From Leucoraja erinacea (lineage: Eukaryota), in the NCBI RefSeq assembly GCF_028641065.1, contig NC_073386.1, positions 55,242,001-55,306,000 of the forward strand: a stretch of DNA of 64,000 nt. Direction: 5' to 3'. Made by a program: the position numbers and the translations under genes. Shown here piece by piece: positions 25,290-37,029 of the stretch. The notes beneath the pieces are model-generated. The model had not been told where the DNA came from. It did no database searches and saw nothing but the letters and a program-made list of their open reading frames with translations. Positions within the stretch are counted from its first letter, which is position 1, and each line of letters opens with the position of its first letter.

Positions 25290-25556
25290 ATGCTCCCACG
25301 GGGATTGACATTACTGCAGAGCCCTCTGCCACAGTGAGAGAGGGTCAGGATGTTCGGCTAACCTGTGCTGCAGACAGCAGCCCCGCTGCCACGATAGTGT
25401 GGAGCAAGTTATCCGCCGGCAACTGGTCAGTCGTGGCCGAGGACCGAGCGATTCTGCACCTGTCACCGGCCCTGTTCGGGGACACGGGAATGTACCGCTG
25501 TGAAGCCGGCAATAAACTGGGGACAATCACCAAGGAGGTGGAATTCCACGTTCAAG
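25290..25556 (+). CDS. VCAM1-like Ig domain exon (domain 3/6 type), phase 1-1
   Basis: ttctacag|AT...CAAG|gtgcgt, 267 bp, open: APTGIDITAEPSATVREGQDVRLTC...IVWSK...GDTGMYRCEAGNKLGTITKEVEFHVQ, like VCAM1 D3 (PSTKLQEGGSVTMTC...IFWSK...DSGIYVCEGVNLIG...KEVELIVQ). Confidence 0.85.
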
Positions 25557-25569
25557 GTGCGTGGGTTTC

Positions 25570-26025
25570 ACTATAGGGAGGTTTCACGGCAGTCGGGTCA
25601 CAACCCATGACCCATACTGTTTCCACGCTGCGCCAACTGGAGTACACGCGATGAACTGCAGGTAGGCAGTGACCATTGTTTCCAGCGTAGCGGGCCCGTT
25701 AAAACCCGCTGAAATTGTCAATTTTTGTGCTGTAAATAATTATGGAAATCGGGATAAGCATGAAAGACATTTATCCTACTTCAGAATTCCAAAATGAGGA
25801 GAAATTATGGTAGATAGAAGCGAGAGCGGAAGGGACAACAACAGCTGAAGTGCTTGGCGAACATTGGCCGTTTGCTCACTGCATTTCATCAAAAGTAAGG
25901 CATTAATTGTGTTTTTTCTTGATTCCTTTGGCATCTAAAAAGTTTCAGAAGTGATAAATCTGGCTGTAAAATTTTAAAATGGCCCATGGTTATCAAGTGG
26001 GGTTTTACATACAAAAATAAAACGC
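25570..26025. mobile_element. Unclassified DNA-transposon-like fragment just after the second VCAM-like exon
   Basis: Abrupt compositional change, starts TAGGGAGGTTTCACGGCAGTC; no right end identified. Confidence 0.35.
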
Positions 26026-28004
26026 CACTGAAGCAAAATTTACAGAGAAGATTTACCAGGATGTCGCCAGGGGTGGGAGGGTACCCATTGACTTGGCCTC
26101 CACAGCCTTCAGTGGCAAAGAATTACACAGATTCACCACCCTCTGACTAAATAAATTCCTCCTCATCTCCTTAAAGGAAAGGCCTTTAATTCTGAGGCTA
26201 TGACCCCTCGTTTTAATTCTCCCTTCTGCTTATCCACTTTTTTTGTTACATACAGTGTTTGCTGGCTTCCAAAGTCATTGTTTTGAGAAGGTGATAACGA
26301 CACAATGTACTGAACTGCTGCAATCTCCACGAGTCAGGGTGTTTCGGGGATTAGACGCGCCGACTCTTCAACTTCCAATTGTGCTTTTCCGAGCAATGTG
26401 CACTAATGCACTCGCGTGTTTCCTTGTCAGAAGTACCCCGTGACCCCCGTTTGAACAAGGCTAGCAGTTTACAGCAGTAAACATGGATTTCAAACATGCG
26501 TAGTATAATCAATCTCCCGTGGGAGATATGTCCTGTCATTTTGTGACAGATGGGCGTGTTGTTCCCCGAATAAGACTGAAGCGGGACTAACAAACGCCAA
26601 GAGTTCTCAGCAGCGCCAGGGAAGCAGCCGAGGGGGCTGCCGATGTGGACCCCCCAACTTGTCTCCTCCCTTCACACTTCTGTCCAAGAACTTGCCATTT
26701 GTTTTGCCAATGGATCAATTGACCCGCTGTAGTTGCTGAAACATGATGTTTGCAACCTGGACGTTTTGAGGCCGTTCTCCAACTAGTTTCACTGTCCTCC
26801 TCATTCATTTCACTGATTGTCACCTTCCCGTCAGCCAACCATGAACCATTTCCTTGATCAACGCCTGCTTTGATCTGTGGTTTTCACACCTTACCCTTCC
26901 ATATTTCTAGACTCCCATCTCCATTGATATGACTCACAGTCCCCAGAGATGCTGCCTGTCCCGCTGAGTTACTCCAGCATTTAGTGTCTATCTTCGGTGT
27001 ATAACCAATGTGTGCAGTTCCTTCTTACATATTTCGGCTTGGCTCGGTTATCTGGAACAAGCGGCCCAGCCGCTGCGGGGACTAAGATTGAGAGGGATGA
27101 TGACCCAGATTCAACTAGCTTCTAAATCATTCATTACTTACATAGTGCCTCCAAATGTCTGTGACTATCTGGGACCAGTCAGTGAAATATTACACAAGTA
27201 AAACATCTAGTGATTGGGATAATTATTAAAGGTCAGGGTCGATTTCAAAAGGAATTAAGAATTATTTTATATAAAAGTAAATTACAGGTGACATGCAGTC
27301 AAATTGGGTAACAGCAGTGCAGTCAAACGTAATGTTTCAGGTACACAAGAGACTGCGGACGCTGGAATCGTAAGCAAAAGGCAAACTGCTGGAGGAAACA
27401 CAAACTGCTTCAGTCTGAAGAAAGGTCCCGACCCAAAATGTCTGTCCAAATCTGCAGTTCCTTCCTGCACTGTTTTGAGGCAGTGTTTGATCATAATCTA
27501 CTCCTGCCCTATGGAGGTGTATTTTAACGTAGTCCCCTACCTTGGCTCACTTGCATTTCAAACCAGTCACATTTGAACCTATGCCTGATATCCCCACAAA
27601 TACATCTGCAGAGGGATCACTGGACAACAATGAACACATTGATCTCGCTGCAAGACCACTTCCCTCAGTAGGAAGAACATGGGTGGACTGAAACCTCTGT
27701 TCCTGACCTCAGGATATCCCCGAGAGCTTTCCAGCTAATTAAAGATTTCTGCAGTGAACACACTGTTCCCATATAGAAAACAGCACATGCAGTTTACATG
27801 CAAGTTCCCAGAATGGCGATATGATAATGATATGTCAGCTTGAGCTAGTGATTCAAATCAGTCTTAAATCATTATTACGTTCAGCTTAGAATATGTACAG
27901 CTCATTTAAAACCAAATATTCAAATCAATGTCACCAACTATTTGGATTTCCAAATATGAGCTTCAGTCAACATAGACCACTTTCAGGGACTCGAGGTGAA
28001 CAGG

Positions 28005-28500
28005 AGCGCCACTGTGGTGCAGCGGTAGAGTTACCTTACAGCACTTTCGATGCCGACTACGGGTGCTGACTGTACTGAGTTTGTATGATCTCCCTGTGAC
28101 CGCTTGGGTTTTTGCCGAGATCTTTTGTGTCCTCCCACACTTCAAAGACGTGCAGATTTGTAGATGAATTGACTTGGTATGAGTGTAAATTGTCCCGAGT
28201 CTGGTCGGCGCGAACTATCTCTAAACTAAACTACAAGAGTATTTGCAGTTTGTTTACCACATGCCATAATCTTGTAAAATCTCAAGGCATCTCAAGGCAC
28301 CGAGTCCCACCAGCCGAGTCCCACCAGCGATCACCCCCGAACACCAGCACCTACACAATTGACAGAAGCCAATTAACCTACAAACCTGTAGGCCTTTGGA
28401 AGGTGGGAGGAAAACCACGCGGTCACGGGGAGAATTAACAAACCCAATACAGTACCCGTTGACAGGATCAAGGCAGCAACTCTACCAGCGCGCCACCGTG
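28005..28500. mobile_element. Two HE1-like SINE fragments in opposite orientation (another at about 36480-36720, minus)
   Basis: tRNA-like head GGTGCAGCGGTAGAGTT; body CTCCCTGTGACCGC..GGGTTTT...CCTCCCACACTTCAAAGACGT. Confidence 0.7.
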
Positions 28501-28944
28501 CCGATATGTTCTCGATATTTCCCCCCGTGATCTAGAGGTAGATGCCCTGTCCATTTTCAAGGCCAGTGAGATGTAGGGGTATAAAATAAAACTACTCTGC
28601 TGCCAATCGAAAAACGGTTGGTGGAATGAGGAGCGGGTGAAAAAACATAAGATTGGTATAAATTGATGTCTGATGGTTTGAAGGGCCTGTTTTTTTCTGG
28701 AGCACGGGGGCTGAGGGGAGACTTGACAGGGTAATATATAATGTTGAGAACCTTTCTCCCGGGGTGGAAATGTCAAAGGCTAGAGGGGGTCGTATGTATC
28801 TGGAACGAGCTTGCAGGAGGGGGGGGGGCAGATACGATTGTGGTAGTTAGAAGGTTTTATGATAGACACAATGATATGCAAGGAATGGAGGAATATAGAT
28901 CATGTGCAGGCAGCACGGATCAACTAAACTGCACTTCAAGAGTA

Positions 28945-29038
28945 GGTTACACAAAAAAGCTGGAGAAACTCAGCGGGTGCAGCAGCATCTATGGAGCGAA
29001 GGAAATAGGCAACGTTTCGGGCCGAAACCCTTCTTCAG
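28945..29038 (-). mobile_element. Short Penelope-derived insertion with 17-bp flanking duplication
   Basis: ACTGCACTTCAAGAGTA at 28928-28944 and 29039-29055. Confidence 0.8.
29011..29038 (-). ncRNA. Minimal type I hammerhead ribozyme motif (Penelope-associated)
   Basis: CUGAAGA-A-GGGU(UUCG)GCCC-GAAACGUU. Confidence 0.65.
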
Positions 29039-32000
29039 ACTGCACTTCAAGAGTACTTCACTGGCTGCCTGGTGCAATCGAACCTACATGGAACTAACTG
29101 CCTCTGACTATTATTCAAATATATACTATTTATATCTCCAGCCACCTTGTTTCCTTGTAAGAATTGCCTTTGAAATATAATGGGGTACCAAAGAAATCTG
29201 TCACCATCCCTACAGCACTACTGGGGGAGAGGATTAACTCATGTCTGGCACAGACAGGGTTTATCTACAGTGCTGCACTGAATTGTGTTTCGTTTGCGAT
29301 TACTCTATTTACCAATGGAAGCATGATTGTGGGAGTGTTACCAAGGGCAATAAGGGACAACTTAAAATTCAAAATTTAATTTTAACAACCAATATATTCA
29401 TCAGATAATTGTTGGTTTACACTATTATTGGATTCTAACAATATTCAAATGACAGCGCTGTTGCCTGCAATACCTGGAAAAAATGTGTGTTAAACTGTCA
29501 TCCTTCAATCAAAACCTGCTGTTTACTGCCAACTCATTGCCACGTACTTATCCACTCACCACTAATCCTAAAATAGCACCCCGCCACTCCAAAAGTGCAC
29601 TGATATTGAGTTCTGAGCCTGATGGAACTGGTCGTGAGAAGAGGCAGCATCTTGGGAAGGCGCCAAGCACAACTGGAGCAGAGGAAGGCAAAGTGGCCCA
29701 GAGGTGCCACGGCTCCAGTTCCCAACCTCCCGCATCCAAACCCCCGGCCTCGGCTGCTGTGTGTGTGTGTGTGTGTGTGTGCAGAGGTGTAGTCTACGTG
29801 ATACACAGGTATACGCCGTATACGCACTAAGAAAGCTCCAGCATTTCCGTATGCCCACTTAGAAATGCGCAATGACACGTATCAACTTCGATAGTGACAG
29901 AAGTTCTGTTTATTTTATGAATGAAAGAATGACAGTTCTGTCACAGAAACCATCATACTTTCATTCATAAATTCAACCTGTGCACTGTGTCTCTGTCAGA
30001 GTCGCACTTTTCCTTGTCGGAAGTCGGAAAGTCCCGAGTTCCGAGTACAATGGAACGCAGCATTATAATAGCCATACAGAGGCTTCCGTCCATGGCCCGT
30101 GCCCGTGACCGTGGTGACCGCCCGTGACCTAGACCTGACGTCACGTCACCTAGACGACAGCGATATCAACTCAGTCGGCACCGAGGTGATGTCCAGCGGC
30201 TCAACAGTAAATATGAAGCGGAAGCAACAAACTACCCTTAGCCATTTAAAAAAAAAAGCAAAACAAGCCTGCTGCTGCCTCGGACGACACTCCAGCAGTC
30301 ACTAGGACGTTAGATGAAGAAGAGGGAACTACAGCGGAGCCTGATGCCAGCAGTGTATCGGGTAAGTGAAAGTCGTATACAAGTGAACTTTAGCAGATAT
30401 TAGACTACTAGCTACTAGCTTATAAGAGATTTCCCAAACTGAATGAATACCACACATATATTCACTAAACGGCCTTGCTAGCTCAATCTTGTTGTAGTAG
30501 TAAATAACGTAGTTATTACACATTTTACTGTGAGTGTGTGTGTGCTGAATATCTCCTTGTTCCTTCTAGATGATAACTCCTGGCCAGCCCTATGGACTGA
30601 GAGTCAGGCTAGGGAGTTTAAAAGCAGGCATTCTTGGTTAGAATGGCAGGACAGAAAGTTAGGTAAATATCAGTCAACTTGTAAAGCTGATATAAACACA
30701 TGGTCAACTTTATGCAAATGAGAGTATAGCTGGTTTATTTTCATCTTAAAGATACATTAATTTCACTTTTATACAATTAAATTATAATGATATTGTCACA
30801 GTGAAGCTTATTTACAGTTCATTCAATTATTTTGAATAGATTCTTATCCAGTTCAGAAGGTGTAATTGCTAATATAGATTCAAAAAAGACTACTTGTATG
30901 ATGTTAATTAGTCATGTCTTTGTTTACTTCCAGGTTGTGCTATTTGCAGCTCAACAAAATCTACTGGCGTCTTAACAGAGAAAAGAATTTCCATATCTGA
31001 GGAGTGGGCGATGTTTAAGATCCAGTCATCAGGCTCAAGCAGACCAACAGCACTGGCCTCCTTGAGAAACAAGATCAGACGGCATGAGATGTCCAGGGCA
31101 CACGAAATAGCTCAGGAGCTCACTGAAAAGGGTGGACAGGATTTACTTGGGAATCTTGTGAGAGCTGTGTCACACACTGTGTTAGCTGAGACAAATGCTG
31201 TATTCAGAACAGCATATTATCTTGCAAAGATGAACCGACCTTTCTCTGACCATGACGATCTCATTGAGCTTCAGGAAAAAAATGGTGTCACCATGGGCAC
31301 AAGTCTGCACTCAAGGTTCAGTTCAACAACAATTGTGGAACACATAGCAAAAAAGATGCAGACAAAAATAGTTGACAGCATTGTGTCATCTTCAAGCAAG
31401 CTGTCTGTTCTCATTGATGAGGCAACTTCTCTCAGCCATAAATCAGCCACGATTGTCAATGTGAAGGCCTCTTTAGATGGAGCTACTCCTGAATTTGTTT
31501 TTTTGGACCTGGTGGAGCCGGAAAGCCAGAGGGCAGAGTCTATAGAGGAAGCTCTATTAAACTGTTTGGACACTGCAGGCTTTAGTGAAGAGTGGCTTCA
31601 AAACAACTGGATCTCATTTGTTTCTGATGGAGCCAGTGTTATGTTAGGCAAAAACTCTGGTGTGGCAACCAGGCTGACTGCAAGGTACCCTAACCTCTTC
31701 ACATGGCACTGTATGAACCACCGTCTAGAACTGGCTGTAAATGATGCTGTGGATGAGGTTCAGGCAGTCAACCACTTCAAAGTTTTCATGGACAAACTCC
31801 ACAATCTCTACAGTCAGTCCAATAAAAATTCACGGGAACTTATGGAAGCAGCACAAGAAATGGGCTCACAAGTCCTGAAGATTGGCAGAGTTTTAAACAC
31901 CCGATGGCTTGCCAGCAGTTTCCGTTCTGTAAAGGTTGTGTGGAGGTCATACGAAGCACTTAACAGACACTTTGAGAATGCTGCAGGAGACTAAACAAGA

Positions 32001-32720
32001 AACGGCAAAGAGAGGCAAACCTACAGAGGCCTGGCACGTCGTATGCAAAGCAAGGAATTTCTTTGTGACCTTGGACATGTATGATGCACTATCTGAACTT
32101 TCAAACCTGTCCCAGCAATTACAGGCCCATTCAATCACACTTTTAAGAGCAGTACTGCTGCTGAAGCGCACCATCCGAGTGCTGGCATCATTTAAAGATT
32201 CTCCAGGAGAGAAATTGGAGGAAGCATTGAAAGCACAGGCTTTGGGACAGTTTGGATCAGTGTCCCTGGAGTCAAATGCTAAGCTCATGCTGATCAATAC
32301 AAAGCAGTTCCTACAAAGTCTGATCAACAACATGGAGAAGCGGCTCTCATTTAAGGATGAAATTCTTCATGATCTCAGCATTCTAGATTCAAGCACCTGG
32401 CCATCAATACCTGGCATACGGCACGGTGAGTCACAGGTAAAACGACTGTGCAGGCGATTCAATCTTTGTCAAGAACAAGCTGCCAATGGAATGAGAGATT
32501 TCATCGAGCACCCAGAGAGTGAACCTGAATGCCTCAAACCACTCATCCACTGCATGCAGACCATCCCTTGCAGCACTGCAGAGCAAAGATCCTAGAGGAG
32601 CAAGATAGACCACTCCTCCGAAATCCAATGGACTGACGTGTAGTACGTGACGGAACGTCGCGGCCGCCATTTTTTAATGCGATACGCGACTTCCGGTATG
32701 CCACCCGCTGTGATCCAAAG

Positions 32721-32751
32721 CAAAGATTATAGAACTCCGCTATAATCTTTG
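32721..32751. mobile_element. 31-bp fused-TIR relic (putative P-like excision footprint)
   Basis: ATCCAAAG-CAAAGATTATAGAACTCCGCTATAATCTTTG-ATCCAAAG. Confidence 0.8.
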
Positions 32752-34215
32752 ATCCAAAGCAAAGATCCTCGAGTATCTTGTAGCGGGAACAGCCCCCTCC
32801 TTTGCGTAGTTTCCCTTGCATTGTATTGTGCAGTTTCCCTTGTATTGCTTTAACACACACTGCACAAAATTAAATTTAATGTATACATATTTTATATATT
32901 TATATGAATGTGTGTCTGTGTGTGAGAGGCAAGTGAGAGATAATTAAGTTTATTCTCATGGATCAGAAGCAACGTTGATTTAAATAATCACTATTAATTT
33001 ATTTGTCTTGTAAGATGATATACATAAACCATAAAGGNNNNNNNNNNNNNNNNNNNNNNNNNNNNNNNNNNNNNNNNNNNNNNNNNNNNNNNNNNNNNNN
33101 NNNNNNNNNNNNNNNNNNNNNNNNNNNNNNNNNNNNNNNNNNNNNNNNNNNNNNNNNNNNNNNNNNNNNNNNNNNNNNNNNNNNNNNNNNNNNNCATATG
33201 GATACATTTNNNNNNNNNNNNNNNNNNNNNNNNNNNNNNNNNNNNNNNNNNNNNNNNNNNNNNNNNNNNNNNNNNNNNNNNNNNNNNNNNNNNNNNNNNN
33301 NNNNNNNNNNNNNNNNNNNNNNNNNNNNNNNNNNNNNNCCAACGATCAATAGATTTACGATCAGTTCCTGTGGATTGGAGGATAGCTAATGCTATCCCAC
33401 TTTTCAAGAAAGGAGCGAGAGAGAAAACGGGGAATTACAGACCAGTTAGCCTGACTTTGGTGGTGTGAAAGATGCTGGAGTCAATTATTAAAGATGTAAT
33501 AATGGGGCATTTGGATAGCAGTAAAAGGATTAGTCCAAGTCAACATGGATTTATGATTTTACAATGCATTTAAGCCTCTCCCATTTTTATGAGATGCATT
33601 CCTGGAATATGTAGGAAGTTTATTGTAACCTAGTGCTACATGCCTGAACAATGGATGATATATCACTTAAATGCAATTGTTTTCAGTTGTGTGGAGAGAC
33701 CTGTATATTGAAGATGCTTTTTGCCTCTAATATGTCAATTTACCTTAAATGTAGAAGAGCTTATTAAAATCTTCTTACAAAGACCATTAAGTATTTTCTT
33801 TCTATCCTCTTTTGGACCCAAGGCATAGCAGAGCTGCCAACTCTCACGAAGAGGTAAGGGAGGGAGAGATGGAAGGGAGGGAGAGAGGGAAGGGAGGGAG
33901 ATCGAGAGAAGAGAGGGGGGAGAGAGAGAGAGAGAGAGATCGAGAGAAGATAGGGGAGCGAGAGATGGAGAGGAAGAGAGGGAGATCACGAGAATTAGAG
34001 GGAGAAGGGGAGAGGGAGAACTGGGGGAGGGAGAAGGGGAAAGGGTGGGAGAGGGAGAGAAGGGGTGTGGGGGATCAGAAGGGGGGGAGGGAGAAGGGGA
34101 CAGGGAGAAGGGGGAGAGGGAGAAGGGGGAGAAGGGGAAAAGGGGGGACAGGGTGAAGGGGGACAGGGAGAGTGGAACGATAGCACATTATAACGCGCAG
34201 CCGTCCCATTCCGAC

Positions 34216-34251
34216 CAAAGATTATAGAGCAGAGCTCCACTAGTATCTTTG
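34216..34251. mobile_element. 36-bp fused-TIR relic without a clean TSD
   Basis: CAAAGATTATAGAGCAGAGCTCCACTAGTATCTTTG; flanks ATTCCGAC / ATTGCTGC only partly match. Confidence 0.6.
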
Positions 34252-34294
34252 ATTGCTGCCGCCGCCACCAAACCCCCCGGCCCACCATTGCACC

Positions 34295-34327
34295 CAAAGA
34301 TGATAGAGCAGAGTTGTATAATATTTG
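34295..34327. mobile_element. 33-bp fused-TIR relic (putative P-like excision footprint)
   Basis: ATTGCACC-CAAAGATGATAGAGCAGAGTTGTATAATATTTG-ATTGCACC. Confidence 0.78.
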
Positions 34328-35207
34328 ATTGCACCCTTCTTCACGGCGGGCTTGTGATCTTTGCTTGTGATGTCTTGACAATTCGAGGGATATAACGGGT
34401 AACAGCCGCCCATTCTCGGACTTGAATCTGAGCTCGAAAAATCTCCTGGTCACTGGACCTGATGTGTCCCGCGGGCCATATTGTGGAGACTAATCCCTTA
34501 CAAGAACAAAACCAAAAACGTACAGAAGTGTTAAAATTGTCTTTATTATTATGGTAAGTAAAGATCTATTAAAAATAAGTCTAATAACTTTCTAATGTAC
34601 CGTCAAACCCAGTTTCCCAATGGCCCGTTGATGGGAGAACAGAAAATATCATTTTCATGACAGAATAGCGACTGAAAATAATAAAAATATTTTCTCACCT
34701 TTCTTTTTTATTGGGGAACCTAAAGAATGGCAGGTCGGGTCGTTTAGATTTATGATTAGAATAATTGATAGCAGAGCAGTGAGATGAAATTTAGATAAGG
34801 ACCCCATGACAGTGTGGGGGAAGCCCAATAAATGCCTCGAAAAATGGCGTCGACGATCACACACGTCATACTACGCGTTTTTCGAGGTCTATCTTGCTCC
34901 TCTATAATCTTTGCTGCAGAGTGTGAAAGGGGCTTCAGTCTGATGAATATTGTGTACACAGACCAAAGATCTAGAATGTTGTTGTCTAGTGTCAGCAATT
35001 TGATGATGATCAGCATCAATGGGCCCCCTTGTAAGCCTTTTTGAGCCAAGCAAATATGTATCAACATGGTTAGGAAGCCATCGCTCTGCGACGCAAGCAA
35101 GAAGGCAGAGCACACCTCAGATGCCCGAGTACAAGCAAATTTGGAAAGTTTTGTAAACTAGCAGGCTACTACATTTAAAGTGAAAAACAATTGTTGACAA
35201 AATCCCT

Positions 35208-35280
35208 TTTAGTGGAGTACAAACACTTTTCCATACCTGCTGCAGTAGCAAGTATGGAAAAGTGTTTGTATTCCACTAAA
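35208..35280. other. 73-bp near-perfect palindrome downstream of the hAT transposase stop
   Basis: TTTAGTGGAGTACAAACACTTTTCCATACCTGCTGC-A-GTAGCAAGTATGGAAAAGTGTTTGTATTCCACTAAA; 36-bp arms with 3 mismatches. Confidence 0.9.
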
Positions 35281-36091
35281 TATCCCTCATGTAACTGTGT
35301 ATTCACCTTTGTTTGTGACTTTTTTACAATGAAGGGATTGTGGTGTTTGTTTTATTTTGCATGGGTCATGCGCCCTCCGCTGGTCGTTTTTGCGGATGTA
35401 CTGTTTTTCTTCTCTGTTAAACACTGAACAGATGTTATTTGCATAGGACTTACTGTGATTAAAAACGTGTATTTTGTGATGCTGTGTGATTGCTGTATTA
35501 AATATGAGTGTGAGACGTCTTAGAACAGTTGCTGATATGTTTTATTTATTTTAATTTATTATTTAAGTATTTTTGTATGGGAAACATAATTCTAAAGAAC
35601 ATGTTTTTATTTTGTATTTTTGCATTTATTGTTTCTTATATAGGGTATTTTATTTTATTGAGTTGTAATTGTTTCTGACAAATGACTAACTCTGTTTTTT
35701 CTTGTCTCAAAACTCTAAACAGAGCATGCAGCAGCAGCAGCAATAAATGTCCTGTGCAAAAGACTCAAGTATCCCGTCGTCTCCTTAGCACATTAGTACT
35801 GAGGCCAGGCCGGTTACATATACAGTAGTACAGTGTTTATATAGCCAACAGTTATTTATTTATTGATGCTTTATAGTTTATTTGATGCTAGTGCCTAATG
35901 GTGATTTTAATATGACTGTTTATTGTCCTAGAAACTGATGGCAATATCGAGTGTTGAATTATCTCAATTACTTATGGTGGTTGTAGGCTACTGTATGCGA
36001 CAGTGAGTGTGGCGGTGTTTATAGGATGGGTGTGGAAGAGGCTAGGAGGGAATCATCACAGTATACCCACTACATAAAACTAGACTACACC

Positions 36092-36125
<34 letters not shown>

Positions 36126-36998
36126 CAGCTCGGTCAATCTGTGGCCTTCTTGATTTCTTCCAAGTGCCACGGTTTCCTCTCGCAGATTACACGAGTGCCT
36201 CAATACTTAGAAAATAAAACAATTAAATGTTTGTCAGTATTCAATATCAGTATTTACTTTAATGTCATTTTAACTGAGTACTTACATACACAGATTGGTT
36301 CGGGATAACGTGAGAAATCACCATCTCTCGTGTTCCCGAATCCCAGGTATCTCCGAAGGCTCCTGAATCTAGACTACATAGTGAAATCTGCCCATCTGCC
36401 CATTTACCATTCCCGGCTTCCCCGCCGCCTCACAATCCTATATACTTTTTTATAGTCTATACAACTATACTATACTTATATACCTTCGGTCCACGCCGAC
36501 CAATGATTCCCCGCACATTAAATCTATCCAAAACACACTAGGGGTAATTTAAAATCATTCCAAGCCAATTAACCTACAAACCTGTACGTCTTTGGAGTGT
36601 GGGGGGTAACCGGTGCTCCCGGAGAAAACCCACGCAGGTCACGGTGAGAATGTATAAACTGCGTACAGACAACACCCGTGGTCAGAATCGAACCCGGCAC
36701 TCTGGCAGCAACTCTACTTCTGCCGACCTAGTTTCGATATGCATTCACCCACATCTCCTGCACCCGACAGCTCATTCTAACATGGAATGGTGCTGGAGTG
36801 AGGAGAGAGATCTTTTCACATTTCTCGTGAGATGAGTTTTTAACGGTGTTGCCTGTCTGTCAGATGGTATCCTGGACAGCTATGTAAATGCCCGTGAACT
36901 ATGAACCATTTAAAAGTAACCGAACTCCAATTGCAACAGAAGCAACATGCTAAAGGTAAGACCCCTGCCTCAAATTCACACTTGGCAGCGGTCAGCTC

Positions 36999-37029
36999 CA
37001 AAGATCTTAGATCTGCTCTAAGATCTTTG
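36999..37029. mobile_element. 31-bp fused-TIR relic (putative P-like excision footprint) in unique DNA
   Basis: GTCAGCTC-CAAAGATCTTAGATCTGCTCTAAGATCTTTG-GTCAGCTC. Confidence 0.82.

Larger units (their letters stand above)
32584..34913. mobile_element. Non-autonomous DNA transposon with 28-bp TIRs and 8-bp TSD, P-superfamily-like (CAAAG termini)
   Basis: Left CAAAGATCCTAGAGGAGCAAGATAGACC, right GGTCTATCTTGCTCCTCTATAATCTTTG (2 mismatches); TSD CTGCAGAG at 32576-32583 and 34914-34921, splitting the hAT STAE/CERGFS motif. Superfamily assignment is inferred. Confidence 0.85.
30213..35156 (+). pseudogene. Spliced hAT transposase pseudogene: exons 30213-30361, 30570-30662, 30934-(32583 ^ 34922)-35156
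   Basis: GT-AG introns; motifs WPALWT...WLEW...LGCAIC, SVLIDEAT, FVSDGASVMLG, WHCMNHRLEL, TRW, IPCSTAE^CERGFSLMN; frameshift in the exon 1 poly-A, stop at 31992, frameshifts near 32075 and 35030. Confidence 0.9.
29782..36095 (+). mobile_element. hAT-superfamily DNA transposon (KIAA1586/ZNF862-like transposase), full length but disabled
   Basis: TIRs CAGAGGTGTAGTCTA (29782) / TAGACTACACCACTG (36095); both flanks are (TG)n, consistent with insertion into a TG microsatellite; contains a transposase pseudogene. Confidence 0.9.

Noticed and set aside
31011-31994. Host gene KIAA1586 / ZNF862
   Set aside because: Lies within TIRs and has a stop, frameshifts and a 2.3-kb insertion; it is a dead transposase.
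32760-32780. Fifth footprint-like CAAAGATCCTCGAGTATCTTG
   Set aside because: Degenerate right end and no TSD; not counted.
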